Positions 10,046-24,289 are shown, counted from the first letter of the whole stretch. The stretch: DNA of 62,966 nucleotides, filler included, from Octopus bimaculoides (GCF_001194135.2; 6 parts of 5 records of this genome joined end to end with filler, not necessarily neighbours in it), one strand, 5' to 3'. Numbers and translations are program-made. Notes: a model not told the origin generated them from the sequence alone.

Positions 10046-11264
10046 GCAAAAAATATTTCTTAGTCAACCACACCTAATTTCGGATAAATTTATCTAATAT
10101 GAACGTTAAAAAAATAATATTTCACTATTTTTAAATATGCAAAAAAATAGAGCGAATACCCACTTGAGCTTCGATATATCTTTAAATGCATTATTTACCG
10201 GGTGCCTCTGTGAATGCGAATTATTTTTCAATAATATATACTGATTTGGTGTCAAACTTTTTCACAATTCAACACCTTTATTCATTCGAAACTATCTTTG
10301 AACCAAGAATATAACTTTATCGACTTCCATTAGGAATTTCAGAAATTATATTAACTTTGTCGCCAGGTGGGAATTAATGTAAATAAGCAAATCATATAAC
10401 CATTCTAAAATTCCTTGTGGCTAAAGCAAATCAGAATCGTATGAAATTTTGGCAGACATTCTTCTTAATAAGCAAGCAGAAATGATTTCTACTTGCATAT
10501 ACAAAAGGTACGGGACGCTCAAAATTTTTAAGCCATTCGTCAAACAACTATTAGCACAAAAAAGGATGAAAGTTACTTCGTAATCTTCGTATGATATTGG
10601 ATGTTTTTAAAGTACAATGGTCTTTGTACTACCTTCATTGGATAACTCAATATTTTAGGTTTCTTGTAATCATTATAATACAATTTTCATTAAACCATTC
10701 CGGTTGAAAGAATTATAATATCCATTCGATTGACTTTTCCTGAAAACTCGTAATTACAGAACGAATTAAAATTTCAAGTGCAATCACAATTCAACAGCAT
10801 TTTAGTCATTATAAAAAATTGTGGAAAAATATTTACTCTTCCTTTATAAACCATTCTCTTGGCTTACATAACGCAGCTGTCACACAAACGAAAGCTTAAA
10901 AACAGTTAATGATAATTCATTGATTCAATGCACACTTAATCATATTTCTATTGTACAATGTTAGCACCCCATAAAGCCAAGAAAGCCAAGAAAATATTTT
11001 TAAAGAATATGATTCCTTCGATAAGCCTTAATCCTATAAAAATAGCTTTTATATCTCTAATACTCTTTAGAACATCGATCGACTCATCAGTTTTCCCTTT
11101 CCACGATGTTTTCTCTAACTTTTGCTTAAAAAGCTAAATATTTTTTATATATGCAAAAATTTTTTCAAAATTTGTTTCAGCACTATTCCTGAAGAATTCG
11201 AAAGAAAAACTGCACTGTAATTCAGTAATTTGTAACTGTTCTCATTTTTGCAAGTTACTGCCGA

Positions 11265-11440
11265 CATAGGTAGACTTCGTAGGAATGGGCCCGGTTATTG
11301 GAAGCTGAATGCATCGTTCTCGGTGCACCAAACTTACAGGGACCGAATGTCTGCGCACCATTAACGACAGCCTGGCGATTCCTCCACGCAGTAGATGTTG
11401 ACAGCAAATGGATCGTCCAACCAGGTATCATATCCAAACT
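11265..11440 (+). mobile_element. L1/Tx1-clade LINE ORF2 fragment
   Basis: GRLRRNGPGYWKLNAS matches the post-endonuclease G(P)GYWKLN motif of L1/Tx1 ORF2; frameshifted after it. Confidence 0.65.
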
Positions 11441-12177
11441 CTAGTAAATTGTTGTCACTGAGCAGGTGACCCTGTTTCTAAGCTGATACCAGGCCACGTG
11501 AATTTATACACTCCCACTCTTCGAACTGCCGTGTTGGTAGAAAGAGGAGGAAAAGAAAAGGAACATGGCAACTCACGTATTTGATGATTTCGATCACCGT
11601 GGAATTTGGAGTTTCTTTTGGAAAATTCTTTGGGCACCTACTGCTGGTCCTTGTACTTCAAACTTTTCACATGACTAGGGAAATCTCCTTCAATATTTTT
11701 TTATGTTTTCATGTCCAACATTAATTTAAAATATTTTATGTACTTGGAAAGTGCTGGTCTTGAAGACTTCTCCCTCTTTTTTAATCTTTTCCTTTTGTGC
11801 AAGGAAGGACATCAGTTTTTTTCTTAGTGTTCCTTATCAATACGAAGTTTGGGCGCATGTTTGTATTTCTGATGTTATTCTTGTGTGGTTTTCCTTTTTG
11901 TTGACATGAGTGTTCGTGATGGTTGGTGGTGGTGGTGGAGTTGTTGTAGGTGTGGTGTCGGTGATGTCGGGATTGCGTGGTTCGTTCAGAGAGAGTGAGT
12001 GTGTAATATTTTTAAAAAATTATTATCTTTCTTTTGATTTACCTGTGTGTCCCTCCCCTTAACAGATGACATTTTCACATCGAAATGATCCGATGCGAGA
12101 GGGGTTGAAGATATATTTCCGTATGTGTGTCCATAAATATGTTCCAAAAAGAGAGAAGAGGAGAGTAATGCAGGAGT

Positions 12178-12750
12178 TTAGATATTTTCCCGGATAGTGA
12201 GTTCTGGTTCTTTACTGTGTTCGTCATTGATGGTCATGTTGTTGGTACTGCTGTTGTTGGTACTGCTGTTGTTGTTGCTGCTGCTGCTCTGGTTCTTGCT
12301 CCTTTCGCTACTACTATTGCTGGTGGTACCACAGTATACTGTCGTTGTTGGGATTGTGGTGTCAGCAGTTGCGGAAGCCCCCTCTCTCCTGATTTTGGTT
12401 GAAGACAAAAAGTTCGTTTCATTTTGAGGAGGGTGTCACTGCCCTCTAAAGCAATACAGGCTACAAACGATTAGATGTCCAATTCAAGTGGAACTCACTC
12501 TGTTTTATCGTAGATGGAAGTTATGGAGTACTTCAGCGCGAGAGTATCGCTTGTAAAGAGGATTTCCACACCCCCGAACTGCCTTGCTCTGGTCACATGG
12601 TCTATATTTTTTCATATCCCTTTCAGGCATTCTTCTTTGTCGTTTAGAGAGAGAGTCAAGTACTATTTTGATTTTTCAATTATCTCAGTAAAAAGTTATC
12701 CACACGTGGAGCGCCTTTATCACTTACCTTGCCGTCGCCGCTATATGTTT
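12178..12750 (-). mobile_element. Possible LINE ORF1 (gag-like) remnant
   Basis: Decayed frame IEKSK*YL...KNIDHVTRARQFGGVEILF followed by a Thr/Ser/Asn-rich tract. Recalled similarity to Tx1-like ORF1, not verified. Confidence 0.35.
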
Positions 12751-13159
12751 TGGCTGCTATCACTGTTGTTGTTATTGCTGCTGCTATTGTTGCTATTAGT
12801 GTTAATACTGTTGTTTTTGCTGGTGTCATTGTTGTTTTTGTTGTTAAACATGTTGTCATAATTGTTGTTGCTATCAAGTGTGTGCTTTTTCATAAAGCCT
12901 GTAGTGGTTGAGAATTTCCTTACTGAATCTGTTGGTAGGCTTGAACGATACCATAACTACAACAAGAAAAAAACTGAGAAAAGTAAATAAATATTACTAT
13001 AATTGTGTCATTTATGGCATAATTTGGTGACCCTCTCTTCATCCAGTAAAGTAGGGCGTCCTTATCTAAAGTTATAACGAAAATTAGCAAGAGTAAACAA
13101 ATTATTTTCAACAAAATCCAACAAATCTTAGGGAACCGATGCAAAGTACGCCCAACAAA

Positions 13160-13164
13160 AGCAA

Positions 13165-13238
<74 letters not shown>

Positions 13239-13272
13239 NNNNNNNNNNTGCTCTTCCGATCTCTATTTGATT

Positions 13273-13326
<54 letters not shown>

Positions 13327-13327
13327 A
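13160..13327. repeat. (ACT)n(AAT)n / gap / (GTT)n microsatellites
   Basis: Direct reading. Confidence 0.95.
13249..13262 (+). other. Probable Illumina adapter remnant at a contig edge
   Basis: TGCTCTTCCGATCT immediately after the N gap equals the 3' end of the TruSeq read-primer sequence. Confidence 0.8.
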
Positions 13328-13883
13328 TCGAATGAGAGAGCAGTGCATGCCATCAAACTGACGCTGGGGTAAAATATACGAAACCCAGTATACCTATCAT
13401 GACTACCCGTCTGATAAGGGTACACCAGGCACACGCATCACAACCATATGTGCGTGACACAGTGATCCCATATCAAGATAAACAGTACGTGACCTTCCAG
13501 GTGGGGCCCAGTTAAAAGTTTCTTCAAGTCGAGTAGCCCATCCTGCTCAAAAGGTCCCTGAATAAAGATTGCTTAAAGATGTAGAACGAAGCACCAATGT
13601 TTCTAAAGTTGAATGATTCAAATCCCAAAGAATTCCTCTCAACACATGGCTATGATACTCCCCCACTACTTCTGTTCGTGTTCAGGGATGCACATATCGT
13701 CAGCCACCAAGGGACATGCTTAACTGGTTAAGGTCAAACAACTGACAAGGAAATCTGTAGTATTGAGTAGAATATTTGCTGTAGCCCATCTTTTATACCA
13801 AGACAAAACAATGTACATGATAACACTTCCAATCATTTAAGATGAGAAGCCATGAGAGCCACTGCCTGGTACTGCATCAGGGC

Positions 13884-13887
<4 letters not shown>
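13328..13887 (-). mobile_element. ~560-bp interspersed repeat bounded by trinucleotide microsatellites (non-autonomous retroelement-like)
   Basis: Non-coding block with sharp edges between (GTT)n and (ATT)n. Recalled as a common octopus repeat; family not assigned. Confidence 0.5.
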
Positions 13888-13949
<62 letters not shown>

Positions 13950-13984
13950 CATCATCATTTTTCAACCTTAAGAATAAGCAAGTG

Positions 13985-14735
13985 TCTCCATTGTGCCACA
14001 TCTGTAATAGAGTGGACGAAACCATTGCCCATATGGAGAATGAAGAATACCCTAGATCTATCCAAAACTATTACAAGTTGTGGTGACATAATGAGTAGCT
14101 AAAGTGCTACTTTGGAAACTGTGTGAAAAAGTAGGGGATAGAGAGAAGAAAAACGTGGTATGAGCACAACCGCAAAGAGCGACGGAGTGGGAAACCTGCA
14201 AAATCCTGTGGGTTTTTCCAATCCAAATAGATCAGGTGGTAGAGCATTATAAACAGGACCTTGTAGTGATAGACAAGGTGCACCACATGTGTTATATAGT
14301 TGGTATTGCGTGCCCCTTTGATCCACGAATAATCAAGAAGAAAGGTGAAAAAATAAATATATATAATCCTTTTAAGTACGAAATAGCCCGGTTATGGAAA
14401 ATGAAGAAGGGGAAGATTGTACCAATTATTGTTGGGTCCTTGGGGATAGTATCAGAAGGCATCAAGAGGAATATACAGGAAATCGAAATAGAGTGCCCAG
14501 TAGTACTGTTACAAAAGGTTTGCTTCTTTGGCACGACCAGAATAATCAGAAAAGTATTAGAGAGTTGAAAAAGAAGAAATAGCATGGTACTGTGGGCTGT
14601 AGGCAGAAAACCCCGACTCTAGGGGTTCAAATAAAATCTGAGTGAAGAAGAAGAAGAAGAAGAAGAAGAAGAAGAAGAAGAAGAAGAAGAAGAAGAAGAA
14701 GAAGAAGAAGAAGAAGAAGAAGAAGAAGAAGAAGA
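13985..14735 (+). mobile_element. 5'-truncated R4/Dong-clade (RLE) non-LTR retrotransposon with (GAA)n tail
   Basis: CCHC knuckle LCHICNRVDETIAH, then KILWVFPIQID and the restriction-like endonuclease QDLVVIDK...IACPFD...IARLWKM...PIIVGSLG...GTTRIIRKVLES*; short 3' UTR; (GAA)n at 14643-14735. Confidence 0.88.
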
Positions 14736-16654
14736 GGCGACTTTGGCAATATTTGAACTCAGAACGTAAAAGGCTGCAATTTTTCTCGTTGTTCTACAGA
14801 TTTCCTGTCTGTCACAATATTAATTAATTATGAAGGTCTTTAAANNNNNNNNNNNNNNNNNNNNNNNNNNNNNNNNNNNNNNNNNNNNNNNNNNNNNNNN
14901 NNNNNNNNNNNNNNNNNNNNNNNNNNNNNNNNNNNNNNNNNNNNNNNNNNNNNNNNNNNNNNNNNNNNNNNNNNNNNNNNNNNNNNNNNNNNNNNNNNNN
15001 NNNNNNNNNNNNNNNNNNNNNNNNNNNNNNNNNNNNNNNNNNNNNNNNNNNNNNNNNNNNNNNNNNNNNNNNNNNNNNNNNNNNNNNNNNNNNNNNNNNN
15101 NNNNNNNNNNNNNNNNNNNNNNNNNNNNNNNNNNNNNNNNNNNNNNNNNNNNNNNNNNNNNNNNNNNNNNNNNNNNNNNNNNNNNNNNNNNNNNNNNNNN
15201 NNNNNNNNNTATATTTATATATATATACCAAGTGTTGATATAATGAAACCTGGCTAGAAACCATAATGTTTGAAACCCGCTAAAGTCAGTTCTTCTAATT
15301 GTGTATTAACTGCTTAACACAGACAAGTAAATATTTTGTAAACACAAAGATAAAATCATGATTCAGATCATAAAAGCTTATAAACATATGCCAATATTAC
15401 CCGATGTACGCATTGATATTACAAGACGTCAAAGAGGCGCTGGTTGTGTTTGACAAGGGGAGATAATTGTCAGAGAATTAAGTGCAATGACAACGTAGTC
15501 GTTATGTTTACATATGAACGATGTACTTAATGAACACACTACGTATTATTCTCTGCATTATGTTATTCGCTACTATGTGTGTTGTTTGCTATCAAGTCTT
15601 TGAACGCATACATTGCTGGTGTCTACTTACTCGTCAGATAACTACAAGTTTGATGACCCAAAGCTACTACCGACTTGGTGTCTCCACTACTTTCAATAAA
15701 TATTTACCGCACCGATTTTTAATTTCCAGGGCCTTTATGACAATAGCAAGTATTTAAAATTGGAAGAGGCGATAAGTGCTGGACAGGCTTCAGTTTAGAG
15801 TATTTTTTTAAAGGATTGGATTATATATTAAACTGTTTGAACTGCCCTTTGTAAATATTCTTTTTATGTATGTGACATGTGTTTTAGAGAAAGCGGTAAG
15901 TTCACTCTCTTTCGTCTGCACTGCACAAGTTCCATTCCTAGTTGAAGGCATTTCACTTGATTTACGGCGCCATTGCATTCAGTAAAGGTATAACTGTGTT
16001 GCATTGATTTTAACTCCCCAACAAATATGGGATAAAGTAAAAAAGAGAAAACTGAATGACACTTTGTCCATCATTTATGATGAGCTCTATAGAAAGCTAT
16101 AACACCTGGGGGGTTGAATTTGCAACGCAAGTTCGATTCACTTCTCGTGTGTCGATGCAATTGGAAAGGCATAACTATCATAACTTTCCCTTCCTTGAAA
16201 TGAAATTCCTTTGTTTCAAATTAAACCCAATTAATAATGACTACTATAGAATATATAATAAACATTCTTGGCCAGTTAAAAATCTATTCCATCAACAGAT
16301 GTCGGATCATTGCAAACACTTATGGCACATCTACTTAGGAAATATCAAGGGTGTGAGCTAGAAAAAAACACTAACCTGACCTTCAATCATTAACCTATCT
16401 CCTAGTATCCACCATTGTGACACAGTCCCTCTTAATCCTTCATGAAGTTCCTATTAACCATCCTACATTTCCTAGTTAAACACAGGTTTTCTCATTTCTA
16501 GAGGATATGCGTATGATTGCTTAAGGTTCATGCCTTTCTCTAAAGCTTTATAGCTGCTTGTTTTGCTCTACCTTATAGATTTCAGTAATATCTCTCTTCA
16601 CTAAACACGCAAGGCCACTGAAAAAGCGTTTTATTCTGAGCTCTTTTAGTAGAA

Positions 16655-17000
16655 CGTCCTTCTTGCCTCTCTCACTCTCTCTCTCCCTCTCTCTCTCTCT
16701 CAATCTCTCTATCTCACTCTTTTTCTCTTTGTATCTAGCTAGCTAGCTATCTTTAAACTTTTATCGCTCTTAACACTTCCCTTCCTAGATCACATCACTC
16801 TAGCTGTCTATCGCTCAAAGTGTATGTCTTTTTTATCTCTTTCACTTTCAACCTTTCTTGTTCAATTTCTCACGCTCCAATTACTCTCAATATTTCAATC
16901 TTCCTTACTCTCAATTTCTCTCTCATTCTCTTTCTCTTTAACCCTCTCTCTCTTTCTTTCTCTCCCCCCTCTCTCAAACACCACTCTCTCTCTCTCACTC
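16655..17000. repeat. CT-rich low-complexity tract
   Basis: Degenerate (CT)n. Confidence 0.8.
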
Positions 17001-17299
17001 AAATACAATACTCGTGTAAAAACCGACCCTAGTTTTACAGAATCAAGAGACTTTCCCATACATAAATGTTACGACCTGGAAATGAGATCTTTTCAAGTTA
17101 ACCCATAACACTATGTGTTTTGTTATACAATTCACAAAAATATTTGGCTGCAGATTTCTTAAAATTCGTTATTAAATGAGTAGTATCTTGTTATAATGTC
17201 TTTTTGCAGTTCAACTGATCTCAGTCCCCGTTTAGTGTTTATGGAATACAGTTGTATTGCTGAGGTTTTTAAATTTTGCCGTAATTTTATGCAAAAATG

Positions 17300-18500
17300 T
17301 TCTCCAGGAAAACAACAAATACACAACAGCTTCAACGTTAAACGTTACTGAGGTTGCTGAGAAGACAAATAGCTGTGTTCCACGCATCAAAATAATTTTG
17401 TTTCGGGGAAGCTAGCGTGAGACTGGAGACAGATATAAAACGAACTTCAGACAATGCTTAAAGGAAAATGTGCTCACAATGGTAAACCAAATAGAAGTCT
17501 ATAACTAAAGAAAAATTTTGCAGAGTGGCTACTTAAAAATTCTCAGAATGGGAATTGTGTTACTCATGCTTCCCTCCAAATCCAATTACGAAAAGAAGCA
17601 AAGAAGGATGGAATTTTGGTTTTTAAAGCAAATGCTGGATAGTACACTAGGTTCATGAAATACTATAACTTAGTACTTCGGTAGAGAAATAAGAGTGCAC
17701 AAAAGTTGTTGGCTGACCACGAATATAAAATATTACAGTTTTACTAGTTTGTAACGAGAAATCAGCAAAAGTTATGAAGTATTGAGCACGTGAACGAAAT
17801 GCTTATTACTCTTGATATGTGAAGATTTGAACTGTGAAGCAAAGAGATTAAAAAAAAACGTAATGATGAGAACTACTAGCTACAAAAATGTAGGATTACA
17901 TTAGTGCTTTCTTGTATAGCTGGTAGTATACTAAGTTAAAACTGATCGAAGTTTATAAGAGAAACACATTGCCAAGGAAGAAATTTTCAATGGAATTGTT
18001 ATCCATGTGCATCCACAAAACTGAATGATTCAGAATAAATATAGTAAATGAATAAAGGAAGTTTAGAATTTACGACATGGTTAATTACGAAAAAAACAAT
18101 CTGGGACCAACTTAGGGCAAATTTATTGAAAAATGTTGTTTATAACCTCCGATCATAAAACGCTGACAGTTGTAATTTCTAGCGGAGTTAAAAGGATTTT
18201 GCAACTTTTAGATGTAAATGTCAATAAGTAATTTGATAAGAAAGGCGGGAAGACATTTAGAGAATCAAGTGGAATAGCATAATGGAGAAAAGTCATACTC
18301 GACAAGAGGTAGTATACAGGCTTCATCACTGTCTCTGGTAAGGGATCTAGTTAGGGATCATTGAGTTACGGAAGGAAATAAAAGCTAACATTATTGTCAA
18401 GTCATTCAAGAAAAGTGGAGTTTTGAATGCATTGGGCGGTACAGAAGATTATTGTCTATAGGAGGGCGTGGGTGAGTTGTGAAGTGGATGATGTGCTATC
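17300..18500 (+). mobile_element. Decayed pogo-family (POGK-like) transposase
   Basis: Frameshifted motifs YTTAFKLNVTEVAEKTN, RFMKYYNLVLR, AQKL, ITLVLSCIAG, KRNTLP, IVIHVHPQNW and LQ-LDVNVNK (HTH plus DDE_1). Confidence 0.75.
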
Positions 18501-19829
18501 TCTAACTATGGATAACGAAATGGAAAATGATTTTTACGATTATATCATTCATTCTGGTAATTATAAAGCTTTATTTAGTACTGATGGTGAAGAGCGATTT
18601 AGCAGGAACAACTGTGCTAGAAATGAATCATATAATTGTAAAATAATATTATATTAATTTTCGATTTCACTTTTTACATGCATAAATAGAAGTTTACTAA
18701 CATATTTTTGTTTCTATTGTCATTATCAACTTTTATGTTTGCTTTATATTTTATGATTTTAAGCTGCATTGTTTTCATTAAAAGTAGAAATGCTACGAAG
18801 AAAACGGTGGTCTATAATCTAGCTATGAAAATGAAAAAAAATGTTTTCTGTGGCGATTGTTTGCATGGAAAGTAGTGCTGTGTTTTTACATCTTTTATCA
18901 ACACTAGTTAATAAAGCCTTAAGCTGCGTTGAATTAAAAAAAGAAAAATAAAAGAAATACTGATACACAATACATGTGATGAGTGAGATTTAACCTCGAA
19001 TATGAAGATAAATGTGGATAGAGAGCTGTGGCACAAAACATACTCAACTGGGGATGTTTACTGCTGAGCAGTTAGCAAGAGTGTCCATATTATTACAGCA
19101 AGTTAATGGTAATATACAAAAAATCTGTGATGTAAATTGACTTCTCTGCTGAGTGTGTCTTATTGTTTTTATTTGATAGAAAGTGTACCTATGTAATATT
19201 AGTATTATTACTGAAATTCATTGTTTTCTTTTTATTTAAAGATCACATATGCTTCAGCTACTGATGCAATACTTTGGATTCTAGTCTAACCCATGAATTT
19301 AACCTTAACAAAATAGTCTAAAATGTTTCGACTTTACAGTATGTATGTTAAAAATCAGTGGAAAAACAGTGCAGTTCCAGTAATGTCCTTTGCTAGAATG
19401 ATGTCATATGCGTTAAGTTACCGACATTCTCTTGTCATTCTTGGAGTCAGCAATTCAGTGATCTCCAGTGATGGCCCATTGAAATTCTGCAACAAATAAC
19501 CCTATTGTCTACAAATTGTATAAAATAAGCCGAAGCAACAACGGTATTATTGAAGGTATCACACATTTCATTTGGCTTGAGAAAGTGATATATTCATGAT
19601 CTTGAAAAGTATGCTCAAAACTTTAATATATATTTATTTTTCTGAAATTTACATTGTGTAATTTTACATTCTAAATATTTTTCTCTATATTTTTGTAAGT
19701 AAAATATTTTCAATATTGCGTTTTAACTCATGTGTAGTTGGATGCTCTGTCCGTCCATCAGTAAAATGTATCTGTTCAAAAGGTGTATAGATTACGTGTG
19801 TATAAAGCATGATCGAAGTAGCTTAGAAA

Positions 19830-20160
19830 GGAGTGAAAAGTAGTATCACTAGCGTAAGAGTGGACGTTGTTGAACGTGACAGCCAGTAGATCATTGATGT
19901 ATGAAGACAGTACGGAATAAAACCGAACTCAGGAACACACCAATGTCGATAGAATGTGAAAGAGAGTTCCATCAACACTCGTACGGACAATGTGATCCGA
20001 TATAAAGCTACCCATCATAGAGATGGGCGACGGGTAGAATCAATAAGTGGCAGTTCTGATAGGAAGTGCGCATCCCAGATGCGGTCGAATGCTTTGTTGA
20101 TGTCGAGGGTGTTTCCATTGCTTTCGCCAAATTTCTCTGAGATAGGATACACTGAAGGCT
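19830..20160 (-). mobile_element. CR1/Jockey-type reverse transcriptase fragment
   Basis: LDINKAFDRIW, SFISD...VDG, GV..SVL..., YINDLL...VHSYASDT (decayed YADD). Confidence 0.8.
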
Positions 20161-20224
20161 GACATAAGAGACTAAGTAGGTACTTTTGACTGCACAGAAT
20201 ACATACTCTCGGTCAATAAAGGAA

Positions 20225-20227
20225 GAC

Positions 20228-20323
<96 letters not shown>

Positions 20324-20337
20324 AGAGATAGAAAGAA

Positions 20338-20388
<51 letters not shown>

Positions 20389-20390
20389 GA
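20225..20390. repeat. Compound (GATA)n(GA)n(GACA)n microsatellite
   Basis: Direct reading. Confidence 0.95.
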
Positions 20391-20858
20391 ACGGTTCATA
20401 CTATCGAAGAATATCTACTTTTGAGATGTTGGCCGTGATTGCAATTGGGCGACTTTTAACAAAGTCTGACGGATTGACTTTCTTTTGAATGGGATGCACT
20501 GAATTATATTTGCGAACGTAAGCATATAATCAAGGCAATTTCCATACTTTATACAAAAATGAGCTAAGAGATACAAATCAGGGTGGCTAGCGGCATATAT
20601 ATGAGCTTTCTTTCTCTCTCTCTCTTCTCTCTCCTTTCTCTCTCTCTCTCTCTCTCATGCACATGTATACATTCATACATATATAGAGACAGATAGATAC
20701 GTATATACTTAATAATCATCCATTCGTTCATTACCACTACCCCTCCGTCTGTACTCCTTTAAGCGAATTGTCCGTCTGTTTTTCACTCTTTTGCCTGTCT
20801 GTGTGTCGTTTCATCTTATTTCTGCCTCTTTTTTCGCCACAATTCTCTTTCTTTCCTT

Positions 20859-20918
<60 letters not shown>

Positions 20919-21190
20919 NNNNNNNNNNNNNNNNNNNNNNNNNNNNNNNNNNNNNNNNNNNNNNNNNNNNNNNNNNNNNNNNNNNNNNNNNNNNNNNNNN
21001 NNNNNNNNNNNNNNNNNNNNNNNNNNNNNNNNNNNNNNNNNNNNNNNNNNNNNNNNNNNNNNNNNNNNNNNNNNNNNNNNNNNNNNNNNNNNNNNNNNNN
21101 NNNNNNNNNNNNNNNNNNNNNNNNNNNNNNNNNNNNNNNNNNNNNNNNNNNNNNNNNNNNNNNNNNNNNNNNNNNNNNNNNNNNNNNNNN

Positions 21191-21448
21191 ATCGACTTAA
21201 TCTGTTTGTCTGTCCTTGTTTGTCCCCTCTGTGTGTAGCCCCTCTTGTGGGCAGTAAAGAAATAGGTATTTCGTCTGCCGCTACGTTCTGAGTTCAAATT
21301 CCGCCGAGGTCGACTTTGCCTTTCATCCTTTCGGGGTCGATTAAATAAGTACCAGGTACGCACTGGGGTTGATATAATCGACTTAATCTGTTTGTCTGTC
21401 CTTGTTTGTCCCCTCTGTGTGTAGCCCCTTGTGGGTAGTAAAGAAATA
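21191..21448 (+). mobile_element. SINE family C, head-to-tail dimer
   Basis: The tail ...gtgggcagtaaagaaata is joined directly to ggtatttcgtctgccgctacgttctgagttcaaattcc of the next unit; the two 3' ends are nearly identical. Confidence 0.85.
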
Positions 21449-22326
21449 ACACATCTGGGTTTTTTTTCTCTCGAATTTCTCTGTAGCATATATCTTTATA
21501 GAGAAAAGTATCACAATGTTTATGGATAATTGAAAGGACATTGTCAAGACCGGTAGCCTAATTGGTTTGATGTGACTGAAGGTACTTCCGAATAGAAAGT
21601 AGTGAAACTGGATCTGACCAAGAGACTTAATTCTCGCCGGTTTACTTCACCTAAATCCAAAGAGAAACCGCCTAAAAGTACAGCTAATCGCTGTAAGAAG
21701 CACATATACGAAACAATTTAATACTTTTTTAATTAGGGGCCACTTTGTCATAATTATACACTGTGATTATGAGAGTGAATAATCCATTAGCTTCCATTGC
21801 TAAGTTGAAAGCAACTCAGGGTCAAATGAAAGTAACAGGAAGCTGTTTCAAAACTCATCCTCAGATCACAGTCCATACAGTTTCTTTTAGTAACGACTAG
21901 GCAAGCTTTTGAAACACCAACTTTTTCTTTTCTACATATAAAGATGGCATTTAGTTGTTCTAATATTTGTCAGATATTTTCGTGATTTGCTTAGTTTGCA
22001 GCAAGCTTGACAATAACCTTCTTCCTTACATGAATCCTTATCGAGATTATCTCTCATAGGGGCTTATCGCATAATTATTATATAGCTTCATCATCTAAAT
22101 AAAGAGCCTCTCCTTGGTGTCTGAAAGAATTTCTAGATATTGTTTTTGTTGCATATTCTTCTTTGTCTTACATCAAATATGTTTTGGTACAACGAAAGCT
22201 TGATAAGCGAAGTAAAGACAGTTTAGTGAAACCTCTCCTTTTTTCTGTTTGTTTTTTTTTTTTTTGAAATACTAATACCTTTTACTATCTTTGTTTTTAA
22301 TATCAACCTACCTCATCTCCCTTACA

Positions 22327-22362
<36 letters not shown>

Positions 22363-22504
22363 CTACTTTAGAGTTTGGCATAAATACACTGATGTTACTG
22401 ATTTTCTGTGGATGCCACCACTTTCGATAAATATGATGCTGCTCATCCTTCATATACCTATGTATGTGCATGGGCATTTATGATGTATATGTATGCATAT
22501 ATAT

Positions 22505-22580
22505 CATTATCATCATCATCATTATTTAACATCCATGTTCTGTGCTGGCATGGATTGGACGTCTTGACAGGATGCGATGA
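22505..22580 (-). mobile_element. RTE-type tail fragment
   Basis: (CAT)n-tttaacatcc...gctggcatggattggac. Confidence 0.6.
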
Positions 22581-23709
22581 GTCCAAGGACAGAATCGTGA
22601 TCCAATGTCTGCTTTACCGAAGGAATGATGAGAGAATCATAAAGAAGTAAAATCTGAAAATTTCATCGATCTCTTTTTCTCTATTAGCTCTACTTCTCTT
22701 CATTTCTGGGGTCTTTTTAAATGGATTGTTACTTAAGTCTAGCCAGTCATTTTAGTCTTCATTCTAAATACGGTGGCGACTAATTTTGTTAATGCCCACC
22801 TTGCAGCACACTCACATAGTCTGATGGAATGAGACCATATACCTATAAAGAAATGTGTAGTAATACCAAAACAACATTTTTACGACAATTGATCGCATTC
22901 AAACAAAAGTAAGATAATTTACAATAAAAAAAATATATATAAGAAAATGTTAAACAAACACTTCTAAAAATGTTGCAGTGCATTCATATTCCTATCGTTT
23001 AAATATATNNNNNNNNNNNNNNNNNNNNTATATATATATATATATATATATATTATGAAGTTCTTCACGACAAGGAGTGAATATCAAAGGATAATGTAAG
23101 GAATGATTTGCTAAATGATGTGCGCCAAAAATTTTCAAAATGCCATTTAACCGAAATTTCTTTTTTGGGGAAAGAAACTAAGAAAGTTTGCGTACTTGCC
23201 TATTGTCGTTGTCACTCAGCTCCTAAACAGTTCCATTTGAGTAAACCTGTGATTAAATATATTCAATCTATGACCGTATCGATATTTTCTCAAATGTAGT
23301 GTAACTTGGACAATATTATTGAAATTCTTCTGCTTGTAAGACAATAAGGCATAATTCGAGGAAGATTTAACATATATTTCTAGCAGGTTGAACAAGCACA
23401 TAAAAGAGAGGTGGGGAACTTTTACAGTATCAAGGGGCGAGTAGCGAAAGTAGAAGTACCCGTGGGAGTACATATCTGCAACGATATGTAACTTAGATTA
23501 AATTACTGTTTTGGTCTTAATGCTTAAACCGTTTTTTGCAAATGGATTTTTAGAAACTTTGTCAGCGGGCGGTTTCGAATTTGATGCAGGCGAAATTTCA
23601 TCCACAACCGAGGGGTTCCAGACACTTACATACAGGATCCCTCGTTAGTTGCATTGTGTTACGTAACATCAGACAAGCAAGTAGATGTAATTCTTTCTGT
23701 TCGCTTAGA

Positions 23710-23760
23710 TCAGCGGTTCTCAAACTATGGGTCGCGACCCACATTAGTTTGTGGCATATT
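23710..23760 (+). mobile_element. Possible hAT (Charlie-like) terminal sequence
   Basis: cagcggttctcaaactatgggtcgcgaccc; no clear matching right end found. Confidence 0.35.
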
Positions 23761-24289
23761 TCTGAAAGAGTCGTGAAAACAAAAACAAAAACTTTTACTT
23801 ATAAAATATTTTGTTAAATATATAATTTTCGTGGATTTGTTATTCAATAAACTGAAGGGTTTTTAATAATATATATTTTTTTAATGCAGACATAAGAATA
23901 CAACATAAAATCTACAAGACATTACAAAATGTAAGAATCGATTACAATTGTCGGTTATGATTCTACCTTTCCTGCGTATTATGATACATTTGGTCTCGAA
24001 GAGTTTCCTGGTTTATTTTGAAGCTCATCCAATACTTCAGCTAATATGATCTTCAACTAATTCTTTCAAGCGATTTTTAAGAAAACCGAAACCTAGCCTT
24101 TTCATACACATAGCCTCAAATATAGAATCTGTTTACTATTTATATACAGTTAAAAACACTTTAGGACTAAACCATAAGTATGCTTTTTATATGAATATAG
24201 ATATATAAAAGGATTAATGGTCGCAAAGATATTTTTCTGAGCCGTAAAGACAGGAACTCGATATATAATACACAGATAGTATAATGTTT

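Noticed and set aside
11455-11900. Possible gag zinc knuckle / LINE ORF1 on the minus strand
   Set aside because: Needs several frameshifts and has no intact CCHC.
12178-14827. Poly-L, poly-N, poly-Y and poly-K ORFs
   Set aside because: Translations of trinucleotide microsatellites.
21572-21615. Hammerhead-like CTGAAGG-TACTT..AAGTA-GT-GAAAC
   Set aside because: A9 is not conserved and no convincing stem I or III; too weak to call.
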